A stretch of DNA of 64,000 nt. Source: a virus. Its lineage: Duplodnaviria > Caudoviricetes. Shown here piece after piece: positions 16,958 through 25,833 of the stretch (its first letter is position 1; the number at the start of each line of letters is the position of its first letter). The stretch is taken from the IMG/VR virus record IMGVR_UViG_3300042393_000497, positions 3,783 through 67,782 of that record; one strand, written 5' to 3'. The notes under the pieces were generated by a model, which worked only from the letters and a program-made list of their open reading frames with translations, ran no database searches and was not told the origin of the DNA. The translations under genes and the position numbers were made by a program.

Positions 16958-16960
16958 ATT

Positions 16961-17419
16961 ATGGAAATAAAATTAGTACAATTCGATGAAAAATATTCTG
17001 TTGATGACAATGGAAATGTATTCAGTTTAAAAGGAAATAAAAAAAAATTAACTGGTAAAGTATCAAAAAATGGATATAGAACATTGCTAATTAATCACAA
17101 TAATAAAAGGCATTATTTTTTGGAACATAGATTAATATTATTAGCATTTGATAATAACATTAATAATAAAAGAACTGTGAATCATAAAGATGGCAATAAA
17201 TTAAATAATGTATTAAGTAATCTTGAATGGGCAACTGATTCTGAGAATCAAAATCACGCTATAGATAATGGCCTTATTAATCATAAAATAAACTATAAAA
17301 TTGCAGAGCAAATAAGAAATGATACAGGTTCTTACCGTGAACTAGCTATTAAATATGGTTTGGGTAAAACAAATATAGGATATATAAAATTAAATAAAAG
17401 ATGGAAAATAAAAAAATAA
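16961..17419 (+). mobile_element. free-standing HNH homing endonuclease
   Basis: EHRLILLAF, VNHKDGNKLNNVLSNLEWATDSEN; TATCTTTG at 16949. Confidence 0.9.
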
Positions 17420-18468
17420 ATGTACTATCTCTCTTCGATGGGATGTCTTCAGGTCAAATAGCTCTTGAAAGAGCAGGTATTAAAGTAGACAACTACTATG
17501 CAAGTGAAATTGATAAGTATGCTATTACAGTTACAATGGCAAACTATCCAAACACTAAACAACTTGGTAGTGTTGTAGATGTTAAAGGAAGTGATTTACC
17601 AAAGATTGATTTGCTGTTGGGTGGATCTCCTTGTCAATCATTCTCTTTTGCAGGCAAACGTAAAGGTATGAGTACAAAATGTGAAACAGAAATTCTTACA
17701 CTAGAACACTATCTTGAATTGAAAGAAGAAGGATATGAGTTTGAAGGTCAGTCTTATTTGTTTTGGGAGTATATGAGATTACTTAATGAAGTTAAGCCAA
17801 AGTATTTTCTTCTTGAGAATGTAATGATGGGTAAGAAGTGGCAATCAATACTAACTAAAGCAATTGGTGTTGAGCCTATAGTAATTAATAGCTCTCTTGT
17901 TTCTGCTCAGAATCGTAAGAGATTGTATTGGACTAACATTGGATTAGAATCTAATGGATTGTTTGGAGATTTAAAAAGTATAATAGAACAGCCAGTAGAT
18001 AAAGGAATACTTCTTAAAGATATTTTAGAAGATGAGGTAGATGAGAAATACTTTTTAAGTGAGAAAAGATTTGAAACAATGCTTAACGGAGACAGAAGCA
18101 GAGTGTCAGATATGAAAGATAAAAAATGTGGTTCACTCTTAGCTAATCAACATAAACAATCATCTGATATGATTACAATAGTTCACAATACAATGCCTCG
18201 CTCTTCTAAGACTGGCAAAGGAGGAACTGGTCATTTGACTAGAGATGATGGAAAGACTTATTGTTTAGATACAAAACAATCTAATGCAGTAGAAATTTGT
18301 AAATCTAAGATTAGAAGACTAACTCCAATAGAATGCGAGAGATTACAAACGGTTAAAGACAACTATACAAATCATGTTAGTAATTCTCAGCGTTATAAAA
18401 TGCTTGGAAATGGTTGGACAATTTCTGTGATTTCTCATATATTATCTTACATGAATGGCAAAAATTAA
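17401..18468 (+). CDS. C5 cytosine DNA methyltransferase
   Basis: LSLFDG, GGSPCQ, ENV, QNRKRLYW, RRLTPIECERLQ, YKMLGNGW. Confidence 0.95.
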   Translation: MENKKINVLSLFDGMSSGQIALERAGIKVDNYYASEIDKYAITVTMANYPNTKQLGSVVDVKGSDLPKIDLLLGGSPCQSFSFAGKRKGMSTKCETEILTLEHYLELKEEGYEFEGQSYLFWEYMRLLNEVKPKYFLLENVMMGKKWQSILTKAIGVEPIVINSSLVSAQNRKRLYWTNIGLESNGLFGDLKSIIEQPVDKGILLKDILEDEVDEKYFLSEKRFETMLNGDRSRVSDMKDKKCGSLLANQHKQSSDMITIVHNTMPRSSKTGKGGTGHLTRDDGKTYCLDTKQSNAVEICKSKIRRLTPIECERLQTVKDNYTNHVSNSQRYKMLGNGWTISVISHILSYMNGKN

Positions 18469-18739
18469 ATCTGTAAAAACATATTCTTTTTCAAAAGAAG
18501 ATTTTGAAAATATGCGTAAGGTTACAAGTAACAATATTGCATTATGTTTGCAACCTTTATACGATAAGAGTTCAAACTATTGGATTATAAAATATAAAAT
18601 AGATGACTATAAAAACGTATCGTATATGAGAATAGATACATCAAAACCAGATAGTCATAATAATAGAATAGTACTAAATGAGTTTGAAGGATTAAGAAAG
18701 ATGGCAGAATATTATAAACTAATAGCAAATAAAATATGA
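18455..18739 (+). CDS. hypothetical protein
   Basis: ORF track; coupled to both neighbours. Confidence 0.65.
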   Translation: MAKIKSVKTYSFSKEDFENMRKVTSNNIALCLQPLYDKSSNYWIIKYKIDDYKNVSYMRIDTSKPDSHNNRIVLNEFEGLRKMAEYYKLIANKI

Positions 18740-19632
18740 AAAATATAATAGCTTGGTGGAGTGGTGGAATTACATCCGCAGTTGCTTGTAAAATAGCAAT
18801 AGACATTTATGGTAAAGATAGAGTTAGGGTTATAATGATAGATACTCAAAACGAACATCCAGATACATATAGATTTAAAGATGATTGTGAGAAGTGGTAT
18901 GATATTAATATCAAAATAATCACTGGTATTGGAGAAAAATACGGAAACATTTTTGATGTATGGAGAAAACATAAATCATTAAATACAGCAACAGGAGCTA
19001 TATGTTCTACTAAGTTAAAAAGATTAGTTAGAGAGAAGTGGGAGAAGGAAAATAAAACATTTACGCATCAAGTATTTGGATTTGAATTTGATAAGAAAGA
19101 ATTTAACAGAGCATTATCAATGACAATGAATCATGGTAAAAGAACAAAAGCAATATATCCATTAATGATGATGGGTTATAGTAAAAAAGATTGCTTGAAA
19201 ATAGTTGAAGATGCTGGAATTGAAGTGCCTGAAATGTATAAATTAGGATTTCAAAATAACAATTGCTTCTCTACGGGTTGTGTTCAAGGAGGAATAGGTT
19301 ATTGGCAAAAGATGAAAATAAGTTTTCCAGAAAAGTTTAATGTGATGGCAGATTTAGAACACGAATTAACTGAGTTGAAAGGAGAGCCAGTAACTATGTT
19401 GAAAGATCAATCTAATAAAGCAAAAGAATCTTATAAAGAAGATAGCAAGTCTATATTAGTTTTCTTAAAGAAACATCCATTATATCCTAATCTAAAATGC
19501 ATAGATGATATGAGAGAATGTAAAGTAGAACCTTTGTTTGAATGCAATGGTATGTGTGGGATAAATGATTTGTCAGAAAGAAGCGAAACAGAAAGTCAAA
19601 TAAATTATGATAACCAATTACAAATGTTTTAA
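18736..19632 (+). CDS. PAPS-reductase-like (adenine nucleotide alpha-hydrolase) protein
   Basis: PP-loop-like WWSGGITSAVA; C-terminal NNC..GCVQGG and CxxxC. Confidence 0.75.
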   Translation: MKNIIAWWSGGITSAVACKIAIDIYGKDRVRVIMIDTQNEHPDTYRFKDDCEKWYDINIKIITGIGEKYGNIFDVWRKHKSLNTATGAICSTKLKRLVREKWEKENKTFTHQVFGFEFDKKEFNRALSMTMNHGKRTKAIYPLMMMGYSKKDCLKIVEDAGIEVPEMYKLGFQNNNCFSTGCVQGGIGYWQKMKISFPEKFNVMADLEHELTELKGEPVTMLKDQSNKAKESYKEDSKSILVFLKKHPLYPNLKCIDDMRECKVEPLFECNGMCGINDLSERSETESQINYDNQLQMF

Positions 19633-19634
19633 CT

Positions 19635-20000
19635 ATGAAAAAAATTATGAAGAAAATTAAAGGAGATGAAAAAATAATTGTTCATTTTGATTTGATAGAT
19701 TTTCCATTAAAGAATATGGACAATGGCGTTATACTATCTGGAGAAGCATATCCAATAGATGAAGTTACAAATAACTCAAGGATATACATTCATGTTGATT
19801 TAGATATGTATCTAGACTTGCTTATTGAAAAAAGAAAGGCAGAGTACGAAGAGTTTTACTTTACTAATTGTATCTTTGGAAACTTTAACGAACTAAAAAA
19901 GAATGTGTTAAAGGAAGATTCATACATCATAATATCAAAAGGGTATCTATGTGGTAGAAACGGGATAGAAGATTTTGTAACAATTAAAAAATTTAAATAA
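19635..20000 (+). CDS. hypothetical protein
   Basis: ORF track. Confidence 0.65.
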   Translation: MKKIMKKIKGDEKIIVHFDLIDFPLKNMDNGVILSGEAYPIDEVTNNSRIYIHVDLDMYLDLLIEKRKAEYEEFYFTNCIFGNFNELKKNVLKEDSYIIISKGYLCGRNGIEDFVTIKKFK

Positions 20001-20001
20001 G

Positions 20002-20313
20002 ATGAGTGAAGAAGAGTTAGAGATTGCAAAGTACTATCATGCTGTAATAAGACCAGAGCTTATGAATGATATAATTGTTAAGGGAGAATTTGTTTTCTCA
20101 AAAGATAGTATTCTTCTAAAAGAAGATTCGATAGTCAATGAAGTTATCTCTAAATTTAAATCCAGGTCAGAGATTGGTATTAAAAAATATGGAGTTACTT
20201 TAGACAGAAATGATTTGACAACTGTTCAATGGATAGAACACGCTATCGAAGAGCAAATGGATAACATTCTTTATCTTACTAGGATAAAAAAGGATTTAGA
20301 AACTAAAAAGTAA
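20002..20313 (+). CDS. conserved phage protein, all-alpha NTP-pyrophosphatase-like C-terminal domain
   Basis: RSEIGIKKYGVTLDRNDL..WIEHAIEEQMDNILYL. Confidence 0.55.
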   Translation: MSEEELEIAKYYHAVIRPELMNDIIVKGEFVFSKDSILLKEDSIVNEVISKFKSRSEIGIKKYGVTLDRNDLTTVQWIEHAIEEQMDNILYLTRIKKDLETKK

Positions 20314-20319
20314 ATAGTT

Positions 20320-20556
20320 ATGGATGAACAAGGAATTATTTTAGAGCGAGCAACATTTGAATTTTCCCAAGATGGGAACTGCATCTCAACATCAGATCAG
20401 TACGAATTTCTAACAATTGAATGTGAATCATCTTTAGGAATTGATAGAGATGAAGAATGTTTTTATGTTTTAAAAACAGAGAAGTGGTCTATTGATGATG
20501 AACAAGATTTAAAAAAACTATTTGATAGAATACGAAAAGCAATTATAAAAAAATAA
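20320..20556 (+). CDS. acidic hypothetical protein
   Basis: ORF track. Confidence 0.7.
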   Translation: MDEQGIILERATFEFSQDGNCISTSDQYEFLTIECESSLGIDRDEECFYVLKTEKWSIDDEQDLKKLFDRIRKAIIKK

Positions 20557-20561
20557 AACAT

Positions 20562-21239
20562 ATGAAAATTTGGCACGTCAGCGATTCGCACTCCTATCAC
20601 GATTTATTAAAAGTACCTAATGGTATCGATATGGTTATACACTCAGGAGATTGTAGTAATCCAAGAGATCCTTACAACAATGAACCTGAAGTAAGAGAGT
20701 TTCTAGGTTGGTACAAATCACTACCTATCAAGCATAAGATATATGTTGCAGGTAATCACGATACATCTATTGAAAAAAGATTAGTAACTAAACAAGACTT
20801 TACAGACTACAACATTATATACTTAGAGAATGAATATGTTGAAGTTGAAGGGTTAAAACTATTTGGTTCTCCACACACTCCGCAGTTTAATAACTGGGCA
20901 TTCATGAAAGATAGAGTAAAACTTGAAAGGTTTTGGAGGCAAGCAATAAATGAGTATGCTGATATTATCATTACTCACGGACCTCCAAAGGGTGCGCTTG
21001 ATAAATCATACAACAAAAAAGGAGTAATGGAAATGTGTGGAGATAAATCTTTGCTAAACAGAATCTTTGAATTGAAACCTAAACTATCTTTGTTTGGACA
21101 CATACATAACTGTGAAGATATTATTAATGCTGGTACATTAAAGTTTAGCGATCTTGATACTATATTTAGTAACGGATCTGTTACAACAGATGGAAAGTTT
21201 GGAAAGCTAAGTAGTAATGGAAATATATTTGAATTATGA
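20562..21239 (+). CDS. calcineurin-like metallophosphoesterase
   Basis: SDSH, HSGD, AGNHD, THGPP, FGHIH. Confidence 0.9.
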   Translation: MKIWHVSDSHSYHDLLKVPNGIDMVIHSGDCSNPRDPYNNEPEVREFLGWYKSLPIKHKIYVAGNHDTSIEKRLVTKQDFTDYNIIYLENEYVEVEGLKLFGSPHTPQFNNWAFMKDRVKLERFWRQAINEYADIIITHGPPKGALDKSYNKKGVMEMCGDKSLLNRIFELKPKLSLFGHIHNCEDIINAGTLKFSDLDTIFSNGSVTTDGKFGKLSSNGNIFEL

Positions 21240-21258
21240 AACTAAAAGAAAAAGGATT

Positions 21259-21489
21259 ATGAGTGATATAGCAAAATGTATGGACATACATTGTCCATCT
21301 AAATTATTGTGCTACAGATATACAGCACCTGCTGATGAAGAGCGGCAATCATACGGTCAGTTTAATAGAGAAGCTGATGCATATAACTGCGATATGTTCT
21401 GGCCTAATGATACTTGTAAGTATTGTGGTTTAAAAAATGGTAATCACAAATTAAGTTGTCCAGTAATTAAAGTAACAATGTTATTATGA
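21259..21489 (+). CDS. Cys-rich small protein
   Basis: MSDIAKC..CPSKLLCYRY..CDMFWP..CKYC; likely start 21259. Confidence 0.65.
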   Translation: MSDIAKCMDIHCPSKLLCYRYTAPADEERQSYGQFNREADAYNCDMFWPNDTCKYCGLKNGNHKLSCPVIKVTMLL

Positions 21490-21872
21490 CACAAAAAGAA
21501 AAATGCGAATTGAGGAAAAAAGAATTATCTGAATACCATGGATTAAAACCTAAACAAGAAATCAAATTAGAAGATGTCTTCAATGATAAAAAAAGACAAG
21601 GTGTTAAGGAGTTGATTGATACACACAAACAAAGACCTGAAAAGTATTCTGAAAGATTTGACAATGATAAATCTGAAATAGGTAATCCAGATACTTGGGG
21701 TAAAAGAGCAGTTGAAGAACCTAAACAAGAAACACTTGAAGATATAAAACTTGAAGAAGTTTTAGGTAGTTCATATTGTAAATACACTGTAATTGAAAAC
21801 AAACTTGCAACAATTTACAGGAATCAAGAAAAAATACTATCAGCAATTAAATTATTAAGTAATGAAAAATAA
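21486..21872 (+). CDS. mosaic KQETLE-family mini-protein
   Basis: Internal EEPKQETLED. Confidence 0.65.
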   Translation: MTQKEKCELRKKELSEYHGLKPKQEIKLEDVFNDKKRQGVKELIDTHKQRPEKYSERFDNDKSEIGNPDTWGKRAVEEPKQETLEDIKLEEVLGSSYCKYTVIENKLATIYRNQEKILSAIKLLSNEK

Positions 21873-22086
21873 AGAAACACTTGAAGATGCATCTTGGAAG
21901 TTTAACCCCTTAAAAAAACTTGATGGAGAATTTTTAAGAAGCGCATTTGTCAAAGGTGGTAATTTTGCAAGTGAACAAATTTATAATCAAATAAAAGAAT
22001 TGCACGACAACGAGCATATAACTGGATTTTCAAAAAGAGCATACGCTCAATGTTTAGATATTATTGAACAATTTAAAAACAAATAA
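21862..22086 (+). CDS. KETLE-family mini-protein
   Basis: MKNKETLEDA...EQFKNK. Confidence 0.7.
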   Translation: MKNKETLEDASWKFNPLKKLDGEFLRSAFVKGGNFASEQIYNQIKELHDNEHITGFSKRAYAQCLDIIEQFKNK

Positions 22087-22089
22087 AAC

Positions 22090-22191
22090 ATGAGTACAAC
22101 AACATTAATTATAATTCACATAGGTTTTGCCTTATGGTTTTATGCTGGTTATAAATTTGGAAAAAATCAAAAAACAAATAAAAACAAATAA
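22090..22191 (+). CDS. 33-aa membrane peptide (not in track)
   Basis: MSTTTLIIIHIGFALWFYAGYKFGK... Confidence 0.5.
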   Translation: MSTTTLIIIHIGFALWFYAGYKFGKNQKTNKNK

Positions 22192-22224
22192 AAACCAATT
22201 GCAAGGTTAAGTGCTACAAATATT

Positions 22225-22455
22225 ATGAGTGAAAATATGACAAGAGAAGAGAAATTAGAAACAATCGTAAAAATATTTGCTAAGGTAATGTTCTATGGAG
22301 ATTGGAAATGGGAAACCCCAAATGAAAGAGTAATTACAATGCTTATGAGAGAAGTAGATTTATATCCCTTCCCAAATGAAGATGTAATGATTCGTAACAC
22401 AAAAGTAGATGAAAATCTTTATGTAGAAGCTAAAGAAAAGGTAAAAGTGGAATAA
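22225..22455 (+). CDS. hypothetical protein
   Basis: ORF track. Confidence 0.7.
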   Translation: MSENMTREEKLETIVKIFAKVMFYGDWKWETPNERVITMLMREVDLYPFPNEDVMIRNTKVDENLYVEAKEKVKVE

Positions 22456-22471
22456 TTTAAAAACAAATAAG

Positions 22472-22744
22472 ATGAAACAAGAAACAATTAGAGAAGTCGT
22501 TAAAAGATATTATGAAGATAATATTGATGAGTCAAATATTCCAAGAGAGCATTATGAATGGGAAATCCAAGATTTAATGATTGGATTTGCATATCAATGG
22601 CAAGAAGAAAGAATGTTTAGTAAGGAAGAAGTATTAAATTTTACTCAAACAATTCTTATGCAATATAAGTTTGGTAATACCAATATTGAACAAATGGATT
22701 TATTAAAAGAAACTTTAGAACAATTTAAACCACAAATAAGATGA
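22472..22744 (+). CDS. KQET-family mini-protein
   Basis: MKQETIRE...EQFK. Confidence 0.7.
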   Translation: MKQETIREVVKRYYEDNIDESNIPREHYEWEIQDLMIGFAYQWQEERMFSKEEVLNFTQTILMQYKFGNTNIEQMDLLKETLEQFKPQIR

Positions 22745-22995
22745 AACAGACAGCAGTAGAATGGTTAGAATTTAGATATAAAAACAATGTCAATTTAATG
22801 GATTATGACTTTAACCAAGCCAAAGAAATGGAAAAGCAACAACAAGGTTATAGTAAAGAAGATTTAGAAAAAGCTTTTAAAGTAGGATTTACTCTTGGAT
22901 ATGTTGGAGATACATTAATTGCCGATAAAGATAAATGCTTTAATAGATGGTTTAAAATATTTAAAGACAATCAAGATGAGGAAAACCACAATTGA
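22741..22995 (+). CDS. MKQTAVEW-family mini-protein
   Basis: MKQTAVEWL..AKEMEKQQ. Confidence 0.7.
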   Translation: MKQTAVEWLEFRYKNNVNLMDYDFNQAKEMEKQQQGYSKEDLEKAFKVGFTLGYVGDTLIADKDKCFNRWFKIFKDNQDEENHN

Positions 22996-23305
22996 TATCC
23001 CAATATATCAATGTAAGTTAACCATCATTTTAGATAAAGACTTGTCCTATATTGAAAAGAAATATGGGACAAAATCTTTGTCTGATTATGGAGCTGTTAC
23101 AATGAGAGTGCCTGATAAATTTAGTGAATACATTATGGCTTTTGTTGATAATGAAGGAAGCATAATAGCTCACGAAATAACACATTTAAAAAATTACATA
23201 TACTTAGATTGCTCTATGGAACTTGATAGGTGTAATGATGAACCTGAAGCATATTTAACAGGTTGGTTATTCAAACAAATAGAAACATTTTTAAAAACCA
23301 AATAA
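22976..23305 (+). CDS. HExxH zincin-like small protein
   Basis: IAHEITH and EPEAYL; likely start 22976. Confidence 0.65.
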   Translation: MRKTTIDIPIYQCKLTIILDKDLSYIEKKYGTKSLSDYGAVTMRVPDKFSEYIMAFVDNEGSIIAHEITHLKNYIYLDCSMELDRCNDEPEAYLTGWLFKQIETFLKTK

Positions 23306-23309
23306 GATT

Positions 23310-23426
23310 ATGGAAGAATACTTAAACTTTGGCACAGTAGTACTAATGACACTGGCTGCAGCTTTGGTAATTAGTGCGTTAGCATTAGTATACATAGTAA
23401 TTAAAGACTATTTAAAAAACAGATAA
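23310..23426 (+). CDS. 38-aa single-pass membrane peptide (not in track)
   Basis: VVLMTLAAALVISALALVYIVI. Confidence 0.55.
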   Translation: MEEYLNFGTVVLMTLAAALVISALALVYIVIKDYLKNR

Positions 23427-23427
23427 G

Positions 23428-23526
23428 ATGATATACTTATTTATACTACTAATGTACGAGATGATTAGGCCAAAATTAATTTGGCTATTTTATTACTTAA
23501 TTAACTACAACGACAGAAAAAAATAA
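23428..23526 (+). CDS. 32-aa hydrophobic peptide (not in track)
   Basis: MIYLFILLMYEMIRPKLIWLFYYLINYNDRKK. Confidence 0.45.
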   Translation: MIYLFILLMYEMIRPKLIWLFYYLINYNDRKK

Positions 23527-23536
23527 TTATATTGCC

Positions 23537-23567
23537 TTTGCTTTGATGCAAAAAGCATATAAATTTG
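23537..23567 (+). promoter_or_regulatory. promoter of the tRNA-like RNA
   Basis: TTTG (23537) - 19 nt - TAAATTTG (23560). Confidence 0.7.
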
Positions 23568-23585
23568 CATTGACTTTAAAACAAT

Positions 23586-23694
23586 AGGCGATTGGTGTAA
23601 GTGGGAATAAATACCACCATAGGGTAACACGCTGGCTGAGATAGCATCTCTTAATTCGCTAGCAGACATAGGTTCGAATCCTATATCGCCTCCA
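23586..23694 (+). tRNA. atypical tRNA-like RNA with enlarged D and anticodon loops; identity unassignable
   Basis: AGGCGAT/ATCGCCT acceptor stem, GTGT/ACAC D stem, CTGGC/GCTAG anticodon stem, CAGAC variable loop, ATAGG-TTCGAAT-CCTAT T arm, ends CCA. Confidence 0.75.
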
Positions 23695-23713
23695 AAATTT
23701 AAATTAAATAAAA

Positions 23714-23854
23714 ATGAAAGAACTAGAAATTAGATTAGAAGAAATAGAAAAAAAGTTAGAGAGATTGATGTACAAGGGATCTAATGATGAAAAATTAGTA
23801 GATAAAAAAAGAGAACTACAAAGACAGATTATGGAGCTGTCAAAAAATAAATAG
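23714..23854 (+). CDS. 46-aa coiled-coil peptide (not in track)
   Basis: MKELEIRLEEIEKKLERL... Confidence 0.6.
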   Translation: MKELEIRLEEIEKKLERLMYKGSNDEKLVDKKRELQRQIMELSKNK

Positions 23855-23912
23855 TTTTTTTTGCTTATTACTGATTTTTTTTGTATAGCTTTGTTGAAAA
23901 TTATAAATATGC

Positions 23913-24362
23913 ATGGCTATATATAGAAAAAAAGGTGGTAAGCGTTTAGTTAATTCGATTATCACAGAGTATAAAGGGATAAAGTTTAAGTCTCGATTAG
24001 AGAAAGAAATGTTTGCCTTACTAGAGAAAGAAGGAATACCATTTAAATACGAACCAGAATCGTATGTGGTCTTTCCTTCTTTTTTCTTTTCAAACAAATC
24101 ATACGAAAGACAAGCCAATGGTAAAGGAGATTTTACAAATAGAGGATTTAAAATAGTCAGTTCTATTTCCTATAAGCCAGACTTTGTTGGAGAAAACTTC
24201 TTTATAGAAACTAAAGGCAGAAGAACAGAAGACTTTAATCTCAGATTCAAACTGTTTAAAAGATTCGTTAAAGAAAATTATCCTGTAGAGACAGCTATAT
24301 ATATGCCTCAGACATTAACCGAATGCAAAGAAGTTGTTGAATTAATCAAAACAAAAAAATAA
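23913..24362 (+). CDS. PD-(D/E)xK endonuclease, T7 endonuclease I/DUF1064-like resolvase
   Basis: YKGIKFKSRLE, YEP, YKPDF..IETKG; promoter TAGCTTTG at 23886. Confidence 0.8.
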   Translation: MAIYRKKGGKRLVNSIITEYKGIKFKSRLEKEMFALLEKEGIPFKYEPESYVVFPSFFFSNKSYERQANGKGDFTNRGFKIVSSISYKPDFVGENFFIETKGRRTEDFNLRFKLFKRFVKENYPVETAIYMPQTLTECKEVVELIKTKK

Positions 24363-24363
24363 A

Positions 24364-24579
24364 ATGGCTACCCAAAGACAAATCAACCTGGAAAAACTTG
24401 ACTCTAATTTCGTTAGAGCAGTAAACAAGTACATGAAAAAACTAAATGATGCCTCAGACACTCTATATGAAAGCTTCATAGACGAAGACTTCAAATCTAC
24501 AATAGCAAACTGCGATAAAGTAATCGATGCTACTTTAGATATTAGAACTAAAGCTCAATCACTATCAACAAACAAATAA
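24364..24579 (+). CDS. small helical protein
   Basis: ORF track. Confidence 0.65.
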   Translation: MATQRQINLEKLDSNFVRAVNKYMKKLNDASDTLYESFIDEDFKSTIANCDKVIDATLDIRTKAQSLSTNK

Positions 24580-24584
24580 TCATT

Positions 24585-25832
24585 ATGACTATAAAATATG
24601 ATTTTAATCAAGAAATAATTGATAGGGCAATCTTTCTATATGAAGAAGGATATACCATAGCTAAGTTAGCAGAAATTATTTGCGAAGAAAATGGATTCTC
24701 TTATAATGATAGTATCAGAAGAAAGTTCTCTAAAATAATTGCAGCTAGCAACACAGTATCTAGTATAACAAAAACTACTCAGTATACTCAAGAAGTATCC
24801 ATGTCTGCTCTTAAATCAAATGGTACTTTTATGTCTATTGAAGAGTACTGTGCTGCTTATGGAATCCCATTTGAGCAGGCAAGAACATATAAGTTAGTAA
24901 CTCATACTGGTACTCCTTACTATAACATAGCTAGTAACGTATTAGAGCAAGAATCTCATGTAAGTGAGCAAGAGCTAAAGGATTTAATAAAAGATGGCTT
25001 AGAGGGCATAAAATTAACTTTAAAGTCAAATGCAACCGGATCCAATTCAATTGGAGTTGTAAAGATTGCTGACCTTCATCTCGGTGCTTATGTAGATAAT
25101 CTTATTAGAACTAAAACATTCTCTATAGATATATTAGCAAACAAACTATTTGATTCTGCAACTGAGATAAACAAAAGAGGTTATTCATTAGTTCACATTC
25201 ATATCTTAGGGGATTTAATTGAGAGCTTTACAGGATTAAGCCACAAGAATACCTGGAAAGGATTAGACAAAGCAATGGTTGGTGCTGAGGCTGTAAAGTT
25301 AGTAGTTAAGATACTTCACGAAAACTTCTTGTCAAGGATTGATAATCTCGGAGAAATTAAAGTTGTAGCAGGTAATCACGATAGAGTTACATCTGATAAT
25401 AAAGAAGATGTACAAGGTGGTGCTGCTAACTTAGTTTGTTGGGGATTGGAACTTATAGGTTACAATGTAGAGTTTAATTCTTTAGTTATAACTCATGTTG
25501 TAGATAAAGTATGCCACATACTAACTCATGGACATCATATGATAAGCAAAAAATCAACCAAGCAATTATGTTGGGATTATGGTGTACAGGGAATGTACAA
25601 TTTAATATGTGAAGGACATCTTCATAGTATTATACAAAAATTAAATGTGAATCAAAGAGATTCATTTCAAACAATAAAAGATGATGCAGTAGATCACAGA
25701 AGAATAAACTGCCCATCATTCTTTACTGGAAACTTCTTTAGTGAGAGTTTAGGGTATACTTCAGAGAGTGGATTTATCATTACTGAAGATAACGGTAAAG
25801 GAGTTCCTAATGTATTTTATTACGCTATATAA
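24585..25832 (+). CDS. HTH plus calcineurin-like (Mre11-type) phosphoesterase/nuclease
   Basis: ADLHLG, LGDLIE, GNHDR, THGH, EGHLH. Confidence 0.85.
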   Translation: MTIKYDFNQEIIDRAIFLYEEGYTIAKLAEIICEENGFSYNDSIRRKFSKIIAASNTVSSITKTTQYTQEVSMSALKSNGTFMSIEEYCAAYGIPFEQARTYKLVTHTGTPYYNIASNVLEQESHVSEQELKDLIKDGLEGIKLTLKSNATGSNSIGVVKIADLHLGAYVDNLIRTKTFSIDILANKLFDSATEINKRGYSLVHIHILGDLIESFTGLSHKNTWKGLDKAMVGAEAVKLVVKILHENFLSRIDNLGEIKVVAGNHDRVTSDNKEDVQGGAANLVCWGLELIGYNVEFNSLVITHVVDKVCHILTHGHHMISKKSTKQLCWDYGVQGMYNLICEGHLHSIIQKLNVNQRDSFQTIKDDAVDHRRINCPSFFTGNFFSESLGYTSESGFIITEDNGKGVPNVFYYAI

Positions 25833-25833
25833 C

